A stretch of 64,000 bases of DNA, from positions 45,057 through 109,056 of the forward strand of contig JAAXUA010000002.1 of the NCBI GenBank assembly GCA_013336275.1. The letters run 5' to 3'. Shown in pieces: positions 39,015-46,573 of this stretch. Source of the stretch: Candidatus Falkowbacteria bacterium (GTDB taxonomy: Bacteria > Patescibacteriota > Patescibacteriia > Patescibacteriales > GWE2-39-37). The position numbers were made by a program, and so were the translations under genes. The first letter of the stretch is position 1. The number at the start of each line of letters is the position of its first letter. Below the pieces are notes generated by a model. That model did no database searches, had not been told where the DNA came from, and was given only the letters and a program-made list of their open reading frames with translations.

Positions 39015-39023
39015 AAAGCAATT

Positions 39024-39701
39024 ATGGAAAATAAGTTAGCAACAGGCAAAATAAATAAATCGACGCAGCACTATCTAGACATAGCGGAAATACGCGATGA
39101 TACGGTAATCATGAAAGATAGCACCATGCGTTCGGTGCTGCTGGTTTCCAGCATAAACTTCTCCCTGAAGAGCGAAGATGAGCAGAACGCCGTCATTTCG
39201 TCTTATGTCAGTTTTTTGAATAACATCGATTTTCCTGTCCAGATCGTAATCCAGTCACGTGAGCTGGATATAGAGAAATACCTGAACAGCCTTAAGCAGA
39301 AGGAGAAGGAGCAGACCAACGAGCTTTTGAAGATTCAGATCAACGACTATATCCAGTATATCGGCGAACTGATTTCCATCGGCAAGATCATGAGCAAGCG
39401 ATTTTACGTGGTAATCTCGTTCAATCCGCTATCGGATAAGCAGAAGGGTTTCTTTAGTTCGATGAAAGAGGCATTCAAGCCGGTTAATCTGGTCAAAATG
39501 AAACGGGAAACCTTTTTGCGACGCCGCCACGAGCTGACCCGCCGGGTTGATAACGTGATGAGCGGCTTGGCCTCAATCGGCCTCAAGTCCGTAGAATTGG
39601 ACACGCAGAGCCTGATAGAGCTTTACTACAATACTTACAATCCGGTCGTCTCGGCTCATGAGAAGCTGGTCGACGTTAAAAAATTGCGTGTAACAGAATA
39701 G
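39024..39701 (+). CDS. VirB4/PrgJ-type ATPase, N-terminal domain encoded as a separate ORF
   Basis: 225 aa. YLDIAEIRDDTVIMKDSTMRSVLLVSSINFSLKSEDEQNAVISSYVSFLNNIDFPVQIVIQSR matches the N-terminal pattern of VirB4-family proteins. The TAG at 39699 is followed 1 nt later by the next ATG. Confidence 0.55.
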   Translation: MENKLATGKINKSTQHYLDIAEIRDDTVIMKDSTMRSVLLVSSINFSLKSEDEQNAVISSYVSFLNNIDFPVQIVIQSRELDIEKYLNSLKQKEKEQTNELLKIQINDYIQYIGELISIGKIMSKRFYVVISFNPLSDKQKGFFSSMKEAFKPVNLVKMKRETFLRRRHELTRRVDNVMSGLASIGLKSVELDTQSLIELYYNTYNPVVSAHEKLVDVKKLRVTE

Positions 39702-39702
39702 C

Positions 39703-41622
39703 ATGTTCAACTTAAACGATGTAAAAAACCAAAATACCCAGCAACCAGGGCAGGCTGCCGCGCAGAAGCCGGTTATGCCTGTGGTTGACCCCAAAGAATC
39801 GAAAGAGGCTCGCGACATTATCGAACAGGAAAAGGCTTTTCGTCGGGGTGTCGTTTCGATTCGTGACCTTATCGCCCCTGCCAGCTTCCAGATAAATTCA
39901 GACTATCTCCGTTTGGGCGAGAAGTATGTTCGTACCTTGTTCGTCATCAATTATCCCCGCTACATCAGTGTGGGCTGGTTTTCCCCCATCATCAACCTGA
40001 ATTCAACCTTCGATATCGCTATGTTTTTTTATCCGGTGGCGGCCGGCGTAGTCTTAAAGCAGCTAAAGAACAAGGTAGGCGCCCTGGAGGCCCAGATTAT
40101 CGCTGATGCGGAAAAGGGAGCCGCCCGCGACCCGTTGCGTGAAACGGCCTTGCGCGATATCGAGGCTTTGCGCGATGCCTTGACCCAGGGAACTGAAAAG
40201 TTTTTCCAATTCGCCCTGTACGTTTCCTTGTACGCCGATTCTAAGGAGGAGCTTGATAACCTCTCTGATGAGATAGAGAATATTTTCGGTTCGCGGCTGG
40301 TGTATTCCCGCCGGGTTTTTTTCCAGGCTGAGCAGGGATTCAATTCAACCATGCCTTTGGGCAATGACGAGCTATTCATCTGCTTTAACATGAATTCATC
40401 GCCGGTCGCTTCATCTTTTCCTTTTATGTCCTCGGAGCTGACAACGGACAATGGCGTCCTTTACGGTATTAACCGCCATAACAACAGCTTGATTTTATTC
40501 GATCGTTTCAGCCTGCAGAACGCCAATTCGGTCGTGTTTGCCACCTCAGGTTCGGGTAAGAGCTATACCGTCAAGCTTGAGATATTGCGCAGCTTGATGG
40601 TCGGTACGGATGTGATAATCATCGACCCGGAGTATGAATATAAGCACCTTTCAGATGCTGTCGGCGGCACTTATATCAACATTTCCTTGTCTAGCGAAAA
40701 CAAAATCAATCCTTTCGATTTGCCGCGCTCCATCGGCGGTGACGCTAGAGCTGAGGACATCATCCGCAGCGCGGTCATAACGGTCAAAGGCCTGTTGAAA
40801 ATCATGTTAGGCACCTTGACCAACGAAGAGGATTCAATAATCGATAGAGCACTTTTGGAAACCTATGCCAAGAAGGATATCACGCCTGACGCCGATCTTT
40901 CCAAGGTCGAGTCGCCGATTTTGCAGGACTTTCAGGATATCCTTGAGGGCATGGAGGGCTCGTCTGACTTGGTTGTTCGTCTGAAAAAATATACCGAGGG
41001 CACTTTCGCCGGTCTTTTGAATAACCCGACCAATGTCAAAATGGATAACCAACTGATCTGTTTCTCTGTCCGAGACCTTGAAGACGAATTGCGGCCGATG
41101 TCCATTTATACGATCATCAACTATATCTGGAATATCGTCCGCTCAGAAACCAAGCGCCGCATTTTGGTAATTGACGAAGCGTGGTGGATGATGCAGCATG
41201 AGGATTCGGCGAAGTTCATTTTCGCTCTGGTCAAGCGCTGCCGTAAATATTATCTCGGTGTCACTACGATCACCCAGGATGTCAATGACTTTTTGCGCTC
41301 TCCCTATGGTCAGGCCATCGTGACCAACTCGTCGTTGCAGCTTCTATTGAAGCAGTCGCCGGCCTCGATCGAGATGATCCAAAAAACTTTCAGCCTGACT
41401 GAGGGCGAGAAATATCTGCTGATGGAGTGCGGCGTGGGCGAGGGGATATTTTTTGCCGGACCGCGGCATGCCGCCATCAAGGTTGTGGCTTCATACACCG
41501 AAGACCAGCTAATCACCACTGACCCGAAGCAGCTCTTGGAGATCGAGGAGGCTAAGCGTGAATTCGCGGCAAGCAATGATGCCGGATCTTCACAGCCGCA
41601 GGACATGGATATTGATTTATAA
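39703..41622 (+). CDS. VirB4/TrsE/PrgJ-type T4SS ATPase (middle and ATPase domains)
   Basis: 639 aa. YVRTLFVINYPRYISVGWF. Walker A ATSGSGKSYT (about 40540-40566) and Walker B RILVIDEAWWMM (about 41161-41190). GVTTITQDVNDF. Confidence 0.8.
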   Translation: MFNLNDVKNQNTQQPGQAAAQKPVMPVVDPKESKEARDIIEQEKAFRRGVVSIRDLIAPASFQINSDYLRLGEKYVRTLFVINYPRYISVGWFSPIINLNSTFDIAMFFYPVAAGVVLKQLKNKVGALEAQIIADAEKGAARDPLRETALRDIEALRDALTQGTEKFFQFALYVSLYADSKEELDNLSDEIENIFGSRLVYSRRVFFQAEQGFNSTMPLGNDELFICFNMNSSPVASSFPFMSSELTTDNGVLYGINRHNNSLILFDRFSLQNANSVVFATSGSGKSYTVKLEILRSLMVGTDVIIIDPEYEYKHLSDAVGGTYINISLSSENKINPFDLPRSIGGDARAEDIIRSAVITVKGLLKIMLGTLTNEEDSIIDRALLETYAKKDITPDADLSKVESPILQDFQDILEGMEGSSDLVVRLKKYTEGTFAGLLNNPTNVKMDNQLICFSVRDLEDELRPMSIYTIINYIWNIVRSETKRRILVIDEAWWMMQHEDSAKFIFALVKRCRKYYLGVTTITQDVNDFLRSPYGQAIVTNSSLQLLLKQSPASIEMIQKTFSLTEGEKYLLMECGVGEGIFFAGPRHAAIKVVASYTEDQLITTDPKQLLEIEEAKREFAASNDAGSSQPQDMDIDL

Positions 41623-41649
41623 TAACCGCGCTTCGGCGCAACCAAACAT

Positions 41650-42246
41650 ATGGATCGTCGATTTATTGGCTTTTTCTTTATCGGCCTGGGGGTCATCATA
41701 TTGATCCTGATAATTTATTTCCTGTTTTTCTTCAAGTTCAACAAGCCCGCGGCCGAAACTCCTAAGCCAGAACCGGCCAAGGAACAGCCGGTCGTCAAGA
41801 CCGTAGTCGAGCCCCCGAAAATTATCGATGCCAGGCCAGTTACTAAAGCGGAGCTTGATCAAGAGGGGATCAAGCGTCTAGCTGCCAGTTTTGCCGAGCG
41901 TTTCGGCAGCTATTCCAGCCACTCCAATTTTCAGAATATGGATGACTTGAAGCTGTTCATGACAGACAAGATGAAGGCCTGGTCTGAGGACTTCGTTAAA
42001 ACACAGGCCTTGAAACAGGCCGGCAAGACCGACTACTACGGCATTACGACCAAGGCTATAACCAAGAAGATGGTGGAGTTTGATGAGGCGAAGGGCGTGG
42101 CCAAGGTTTCAATTCAGTCGCAACGAAGGGAAACAATCGGCCAGGCCGGAGCGCCGGTCAGTTTTGGGCAAGCTATTGAAATTACTCTTTTGAAGCAGGG
42201 AGGTACCTGGAAGGTGGATCAGGCGTATTGGAAAGATAGGCAATAA
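41650..42246 (+). CDS. Membrane-anchored protein, possible VirB8/PrgL-like (NTF2-like) component
   Basis: 198 aa. N-terminal TM, a Pro/Glu/Lys linker, then a roughly 140-aa globular domain ending ITLLKQGGTWKVDQAYW. The size and topology fit VirB8-like proteins, but this is topology-level evidence only. Confidence 0.3.
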   Translation: MDRRFIGFFFIGLGVIILILIIYFLFFFKFNKPAAETPKPEPAKEQPVVKTVVEPPKIIDARPVTKAELDQEGIKRLAASFAERFGSYSSHSNFQNMDDLKLFMTDKMKAWSEDFVKTQALKQAGKTDYYGITTKAITKKMVEFDEAKGVAKVSIQSQRRETIGQAGAPVSFGQAIEITLLKQGGTWKVDQAYWKDRQ

Positions 42247-42968
42247 TGTGCAGGCTTGAGATATTGAAAAACAAGATTTCGATTCTCGGATCTTGTTTTT
42301 TTGATGCCATTTTTCCAAAACGATGTGCGGGCTGCGGCAAGCAAGGTGAATGGCTGTGCAAAGCCTGTTCTGGCATATTATTTTTCCGGCCGCAGCAGGA
42401 TTGCCTGGTTTGTGGCCAACCGAACCAGGATGGCGGCAAATGTACCCATTGCGCACCCTTGGCACACAGCAGACGGGTGTTGTGCGCCTTCAGCTATCAT
42501 CAAGATATACCCGTGAGGCTGGTAAAAATATTCAAATATGATTTTGTAAGATCTGCGGACCAGGTTCTTGGGACTCTGATGGCGGATTTTTTGGCGAGAC
42601 AGGACAATATTCCCAAGGAGTTGCTAGTTTTGCCCGTTCCACTACACGGCAAGCGTCATCGTTGGCGGGGTTATAATCAATCGGCGTTATTAGCTGAAGC
42701 CATAGCTAGCTATTTCGGCTGGAGCTATGATAGCGGTATCTTATTCCGTCATAAGGCCACAAAGCCTCAGGCGAAAATGGAATCAAGCGCGAGGTGCCTT
42801 AATGTTGATGGCTGCTTTTCTGTCAGATCCGGTTTGAATTTGAAAGGATTAAGGGTGATGCTTGTCGATGATGTAGTTACGACTGGCGCCACAGTCGAGT
42901 CCTGCGCCTTAGTCTTGAAACGAGCTGGAGCCAAATCTGTCGATGTCTTAGCACTGATCAGGGGATAG
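42246..42968 (+). CDS. comFC: ComF family protein (ComFC-type phosphoribosyltransferase-fold competence protein)
   Basis: N-terminal Zn-finger CAGCG...CKAC...CLVCG...CTHC. C-terminal PRT motif VMLVDDVVTTGATV. The ATG overlaps the upstream TAA (TAATG). Confidence 0.85.
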   Translation: MCRLEILKNKISILGSCFFDAIFPKRCAGCGKQGEWLCKACSGILFFRPQQDCLVCGQPNQDGGKCTHCAPLAHSRRVLCAFSYHQDIPVRLVKIFKYDFVRSADQVLGTLMADFLARQDNIPKELLVLPVPLHGKRHRWRGYNQSALLAEAIASYFGWSYDSGILFRHKATKPQAKMESSARCLNVDGCFSVRSGLNLKGLRVMLVDDVVTTGATVESCALVLKRAGAKSVDVLALIRG

Positions 42969-43076
42969 GCGAGACGTGGCTTGGAGGGTTTACAAAAAGA
43001 GTGGTATATATTAGAATGTGTATATCGCTCAATAACCAAGAATTTTGGTTATTTTTGTGTAAAAATAGCAAAAAAA

Positions 43077-43127
43077 GGAGAGGTGCCTTCCGCCCAAGGC
43101 GGACCCGCCTTGGGCGGGGAGTGGCTG
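43077..43127 (+). other. Duplicated 5' fragment of tRNA-Ser(GCU), interrupted by a GC-rich hairpin
   Basis: ggagaggtgcc (43077-43087) and gagtggctg (43119-43127) equal positions 1-11 and 13-21 of the tRNA at 43383. They are separated by the 31-nt palindrome ttccgcccaaggcgg-ac-ccgccttgggcggg. Confidence 0.8.
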
Positions 43128-43131
43128 TTTT

Positions 43132-43377
43132 ATGTACTATGTCTATATACTAAAAAGTAGAAGGAACGGAAAGCTTTATAAAGGCTTTACTAATGATTTG
43201 AAGAGAAGAGTTTCGGAACACAATTCTGGCCATTCAGACTTTACCAGAAATAATGGACCTTGGGATTTGGTGTATTATGAAGCTTTCCTGAGCAAAGATG
43301 ATGCAAGAAAAGAAGAGCAGTTTTTAAAAACTGGCAAAGGAAGAGAACGAATAAAATACTTGTTATCAATAGATTAA
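43132..43377 (+). CDS. GIY-YIG (URI-domain) nuclease family protein
   Basis: 81 aa. YYVYILKS...GKLYKGFTNDLKRRVSEHNSG is the GIY-YIG signature. The gene is AT-rich relative to its neighbours. Confidence 0.85.
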   Translation: MYYVYILKSRRNGKLYKGFTNDLKRRVSEHNSGHSDFTRNNGPWDLVYYEAFLSKDDARKEEQFLKTGKGRERIKYLLSID

Positions 43378-43382
43378 ATTTT

Positions 43383-43469
43383 GGAGAGGTGCCTGAGTGG
43401 CTGAAAGGGGCACCCTGCTAAGGTGTTAGACTAGAAATAGTCTCGAGAGTTCGAATCTCTCCCTCTCCG
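43383..43469 (+). tRNA. tRNA-Ser (anticodon GCU), type II with a long variable arm
   Basis: Hand-folded. Acceptor GGAGAGG/CCTCTCC. Anticodon arm GCACC-CTGCTAA-GGTGT. Variable arm present. T-arm GAGAG-TTCGAAT-CTCTC. CCA is not encoded. Confidence 0.85.
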
Positions 43470-43480
43470 CACAAACAAAG

Positions 43481-43504
43481 AAGCCGCGACTTGTGTCGCG
43501 GCTT
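43481..43504. terminator. Bidirectional terminator hairpin
   Basis: aagccgcgac-ttgt-gtcgcggctt followed by ttggtttt, between the tRNA-Ser and the convergent amidohydrolase gene. Confidence 0.7.
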
Positions 43505-43524
43505 TTGGTTTTAATTGAGGTGAA

Positions 43525-44676
43525 TCAGCCGATGTCTATCCGTGGGAAATCGGGGCGGTATTCGCGGAAGACCTTGCTGTCCTCATAAAGAGCTCGGGAG
43601 ATGCTGGCCCGATCCATGTCATTGGGGGTTTCGCCGCAAGCGATTTTGACCCAGAGCTTGGTCAGGTAATATCTGAGGGAGTCTGACAGGTAGCCGATTT
43701 CATTGAGCATGTTGTTCGACCCGCTGGGGATGAAGATATCGGCAATGTTGTCGGTGCCGAGGCGGACCGGAATCTCCCACTTGATCATCTCGAGCAAACG
43801 GGCAATGCTGTTGTGCAGCGGACCTTCGATCGGCCTGATCTGGCGCATCGACAGAGCCGCTCGGGGGCAGCAGATAATGCCGATATTGTAGCGTTTGAGG
43901 TTGTCCAGCAGCTTCTTGAAGCGGTACTCGTCATAACATGACGGGGAGATGGCATGGACAGCCCAGACGCCGGGCTCGGTCGAATCTTTTATCTTCGGGC
44001 TGCCGAGCCATCTGACCGCCTCGACCAAGGTTTCGGTGCCGTTTTCCGAGGGGTTGTTGGCCTGATCGACATGGATGTGGACTTCCTTTCCCAGTTCGAT
44101 GCCCAATTTCAGTACCAGCTTGAGATGCTCGTCGTAGCCGATTTTATTCGGGGCGTCATCTTTTTCCGGTAAGCTGCCCAGTACGTCGGAAACCTGAGCA
44201 GCGGATTTGAAGAAATCCCAACGCTCGGATTTTTCCTGCTTGAAGCCGAAGATAGGTTGCGGGCCAATCTTGAAATCGATCTGACCCTTGTACTTCTTCT
44301 TGAGGGCTAAGGCCGTATCGATAGCGACCATGCCGATATCCGGGGTGGCGTCGATCAATGACACGACTTCCTTCGTGCCGTTGGCAATCATTTGCAGCAG
44401 CTGCTTCTCCATCCGCTCCTTCAGGCTTTCCTTGGTGTAGGCCAACCCTTTGTGCAGTTCGCCGGTCAGGTTCTGCTTGACTGACAGGGGTAGGGTAGCG
44501 GCCTCAAGCGGATCGATGCCGGCATGGACCCAGAAGTTGGCTCCAAGGGTGTCGGCTCGGTCCAGGTGGGTGTGGGCGTTGATCCAGCCGCCGTGCCGCC
44601 GTGCTAAATCGATCAGGATCTGTTCATAGCTGGACGGTTCAAAGACATACGCTGGTTTTTCAAGGATTTTTTTCAT
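43525..44676 (-). CDS. Amidohydrolase-superfamily protein (metal-dependent hydrolase, cytosine-deaminase-like)
   Basis: INAHTHLDRA (HxH metal site) near the N-terminus, with later HVH/HAI/D motifs. The start at ATG 44676 is preceded by AAGGAG; the track's 44727 start lacks an RBS. Confidence 0.65.
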   Translation of the reverse strand: MKKILEKPAYVFEPSSYEQILIDLARRHGGWINAHTHLDRADTLGANFWVHAGIDPLEAATLPLSVKQNLTGELHKGLAYTKESLKERMEKQLLQMIANGTKEVVSLIDATPDIGMVAIDTALALKKKYKGQIDFKIGPQPIFGFKQEKSERWDFFKSAAQVSDVLGSLPEKDDAPNKIGYDEHLKLVLKLGIELGKEVHIHVDQANNPSENGTETLVEAVRWLGSPKIKDSTEPGVWAVHAISPSCYDEYRFKKLLDNLKRYNIGIICCPRAALSMRQIRPIEGPLHNSIARLLEMIKWEIPVRLGTDNIADIFIPSGSNNMLNEIGYLSDSLRYYLTKLWVKIACGETPNDMDRASISRALYEDSKVFREYRPDFPRIDIG

Positions 44677-44706
44677 CGGCGTTCTCCTTTCTCTGGTTTT
44701 AAAGGA

Positions 44707-44846
44707 CAAAAAAATATCCCGATTCACGGGATATCAGTGAACGGTCGGATTTTTAAAAAAACGCCAAAGCAGTTGGCGTTTTTTCCTGATTGTGTAAGTC
44801 ATGGTAATCATTACCGGTATTTTATCATAAATAGTCGGCCAGTCAA
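44707..44846 (-). promoter_or_regulatory. Promoter plus leader carrying two tandem intrinsic-terminator-like hairpins upstream of the amidohydrolase gene
   Basis: On the minus strand: TTGACT (44841-44846), a 16-nt spacer, then TGaTAAAAT (-10 at 44819-44824). Next come acgccaa-ctgct-ttggcgt plus U7 (44754-44779) and atatcccg-tgaat-cgggatat plus U7 (44708-44734), then AAGGAG and the ATG. Confidence 0.5.
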
Positions 44847-44950
44847 TATGTTTGCCCTAATTTATGCGGTCATAATTTGAACATTTGTACTATATTAAAA
44901 AAAGGACTAATATTAGTACTGTAAAGAATAAGTTATGAATAATAATAAAT

Positions 44951-45955
44951 ATGAGAAAGCATAACCATGCTTCTGGCTTTTTTTCGGTTTCTTTAGCTAT
45001 TTTAGGCAATGCTTCAATTACGGTTATTAAATTCGTCGGGTTTTTGGTTTCAGGCTCCAGCGCCTTATTTTCCGAGTCGGTCCATAGCTTTGCTGATACC
45101 ATGAACCAGTCCTTGCTGATGGTCGGCATCAAACGCTCTATCAAGAAAGCCGATTCCGAGCACACCTACGGTTACGGCCAAGAGCGATTTTTGTGGGCGT
45201 TGATTTCGGCTTGTGGCATCTTTTTCTTGGGCGCTGGCGTAACCGCAGTCAATGGAATAAACTCGATGCAGCATCCGGAATCGATCACTATCGGACCCCT
45301 GGTTTTTGCCATATTGGCGGTGTCGTTCATCGTGGAGTCCGTGACTTTCATTGTCGCCGTACGCGAGCTCAAGTCTTCCGACCCGGAGGCAAGCTTCGGT
45401 GAGCTGCTCAAGGACGGCGACCCGACCACCATCGCGGTGATTTACGAAGATGGTGTCGCCTTGATCGGCGTACTGGTCGCCTTAGCCTCTGTCACCTTGG
45501 TGAAGCTCACAGGCCAACATTATTGGGATGGCCTGGGCTCTGTCGTGATCGGGTTGATGCTGGCTGTCATAGCTGTGGTGCTGATCAGGAAAAATCGCCA
45601 GTACCTTATCCGCAAAGCCATCCCTGAAGAGGTAAAAGAGCAGATAATCCACATTCTTGAGGCCGAACCGGCGGTCGAGCGGGTCATTAATTTCAAATCA
45701 TCCATTTTGGATGTCGGAGCTTATCACGTCTTGTGCGAGATCGAGTTCAATGGCGCCCATCTCCTGAAGAAGCTCCAAGGCAACCTCAAGGAAGAATTCG
45801 AGGAAATCGATGGCGACTTCGAGGAATTCAAGAAGTTCGCTGTTCGCTATATTGACCGGGTGCCCCGGATCGTTGGCAATTACATCAACGAAATCGAAGA
45901 AAAGATCCAGAGTGAGATACCGAGCATTATCCACATCGATATCGAAATAAACTAA
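44951..45955 (+). CDS. Cation diffusion facilitator (CDF) family metal efflux transporter
   Basis: SALFSESVHSFADTMNQ (TM2 HxxxD-type site), six predicted TM helices, and a C-terminal cytoplasmic domain. Confidence 0.8.
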   Translation: MRKHNHASGFFSVSLAILGNASITVIKFVGFLVSGSSALFSESVHSFADTMNQSLLMVGIKRSIKKADSEHTYGYGQERFLWALISACGIFFLGAGVTAVNGINSMQHPESITIGPLVFAILAVSFIVESVTFIVAVRELKSSDPEASFGELLKDGDPTTIAVIYEDGVALIGVLVALASVTLVKLTGQHYWDGLGSVVIGLMLAVIAVVLIRKNRQYLIRKAIPEEVKEQIIHILEAEPAVERVINFKSSILDVGAYHVLCEIEFNGAHLLKKLQGNLKEEFEEIDGDFEEFKKFAVRYIDRVPRIVGNYINEIEEKIQSEIPSIIHIDIEIN

Positions 45956-45964
45956 ACAGGCAAC

Positions 45965-46486
45965 ATGGTGATCAAATTTTTAGCTACGCTAGTTATAGCC
46001 GCCCAAGCGGTATCGGCGATAATTCTGGTTTCATTGGTTTTCCGGGGCAAGTTGCCCCGCTTGCATGGCTTTCTGGCGCACCTATCCTTGCCCCTGGCCT
46101 TTGCCACGGCCTTGGTTGCGACATTGGGCAGCCTCTATTTATCGGAAATCGCCGGTTTCAAACCCTGCGACCTCTGCTGGTTCCAACGCATTTTTATGTA
46201 TCCCCAGGCAATCCTGCTGGGGCTAGCCCTCCTGAGGCGGGAGATGGTTGTCATCTGCTATAGTCTACCCCTGCTTTTCATCGGCTTAGCCATTTCCTTG
46301 TATCATAATTACATCGTTTATCAGGCAGTAACTGCTACTTTCTGTTCGGCTATCGGGGAAATATCCTGCACTCAGCAATATATAGTCGAATATGGCTATG
46401 TCACGATTCCTCTGATGTCCCTGACCGCTTTTTTATTGGTAATCTTATCGCTTTTGCTTGCGAAGAGCAGACAGGCCCAAGAGTAG
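45965..46486 (+). CDS. Disulfide bond formation protein B (DsbB/BdbC family)
   Basis: 173 aa, four TM helices. CDLCWFQRIFMYP (CxxC in the first periplasmic loop) and a second Cys pair (FCSAIGEISC). Confidence 0.8.
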   Translation: MVIKFLATLVIAAQAVSAIILVSLVFRGKLPRLHGFLAHLSLPLAFATALVATLGSLYLSEIAGFKPCDLCWFQRIFMYPQAILLGLALLRREMVVICYSLPLLFIGLAISLYHNYIVYQAVTATFCSAIGEISCTQQYIVEYGYVTIPLMSLTAFLLVILSLLLAKSRQAQE

Positions 46487-46573
46487 GCAGACAAACCGAA
46501 GGAAGTCGATAAAAACTGTTCAGAAGGGCAGTTTTTTTATATAATGAAAGAGCGTAATTAAATAAAAACATAT

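Noticed and set aside
42990-43057. A promoter-like TTTACA-N17-TAGAAT followed by a hairpin plus T-run, which might suggest a tiny sRNA
   Set aside because: The hairpin is best explained as the terminator of the comFC-ending operon, and the promoter-like hexamers in an AT-rich spacer may instead drive the GIY-YIG gene. There is not enough evidence for a separate RNA.
23597-43469. Considered an integrative conjugative element ending at tRNA-Ser
   Set aside because: No integrase, relaxase, VirD4 or replication gene is present, and there is no matching direct repeat of the tRNA 3' end upstream. The only tRNA duplication is the short 5' fragment around the GIY-YIG ORF. Composition looks native, apart from 36053..37138 and the GIY-YIG gene.
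44780-44815. A preQ1-I-like or other miniature riboswitch aptamer in the amidohydrolase leader
   Set aside because: The only hairpin before the first terminator (ggtaa-tga-ttacc) has a 3-nt loop and no matching A-rich pseudoknot partner, and the gene context is unrelated to queuosine. The leader is left unclassified.
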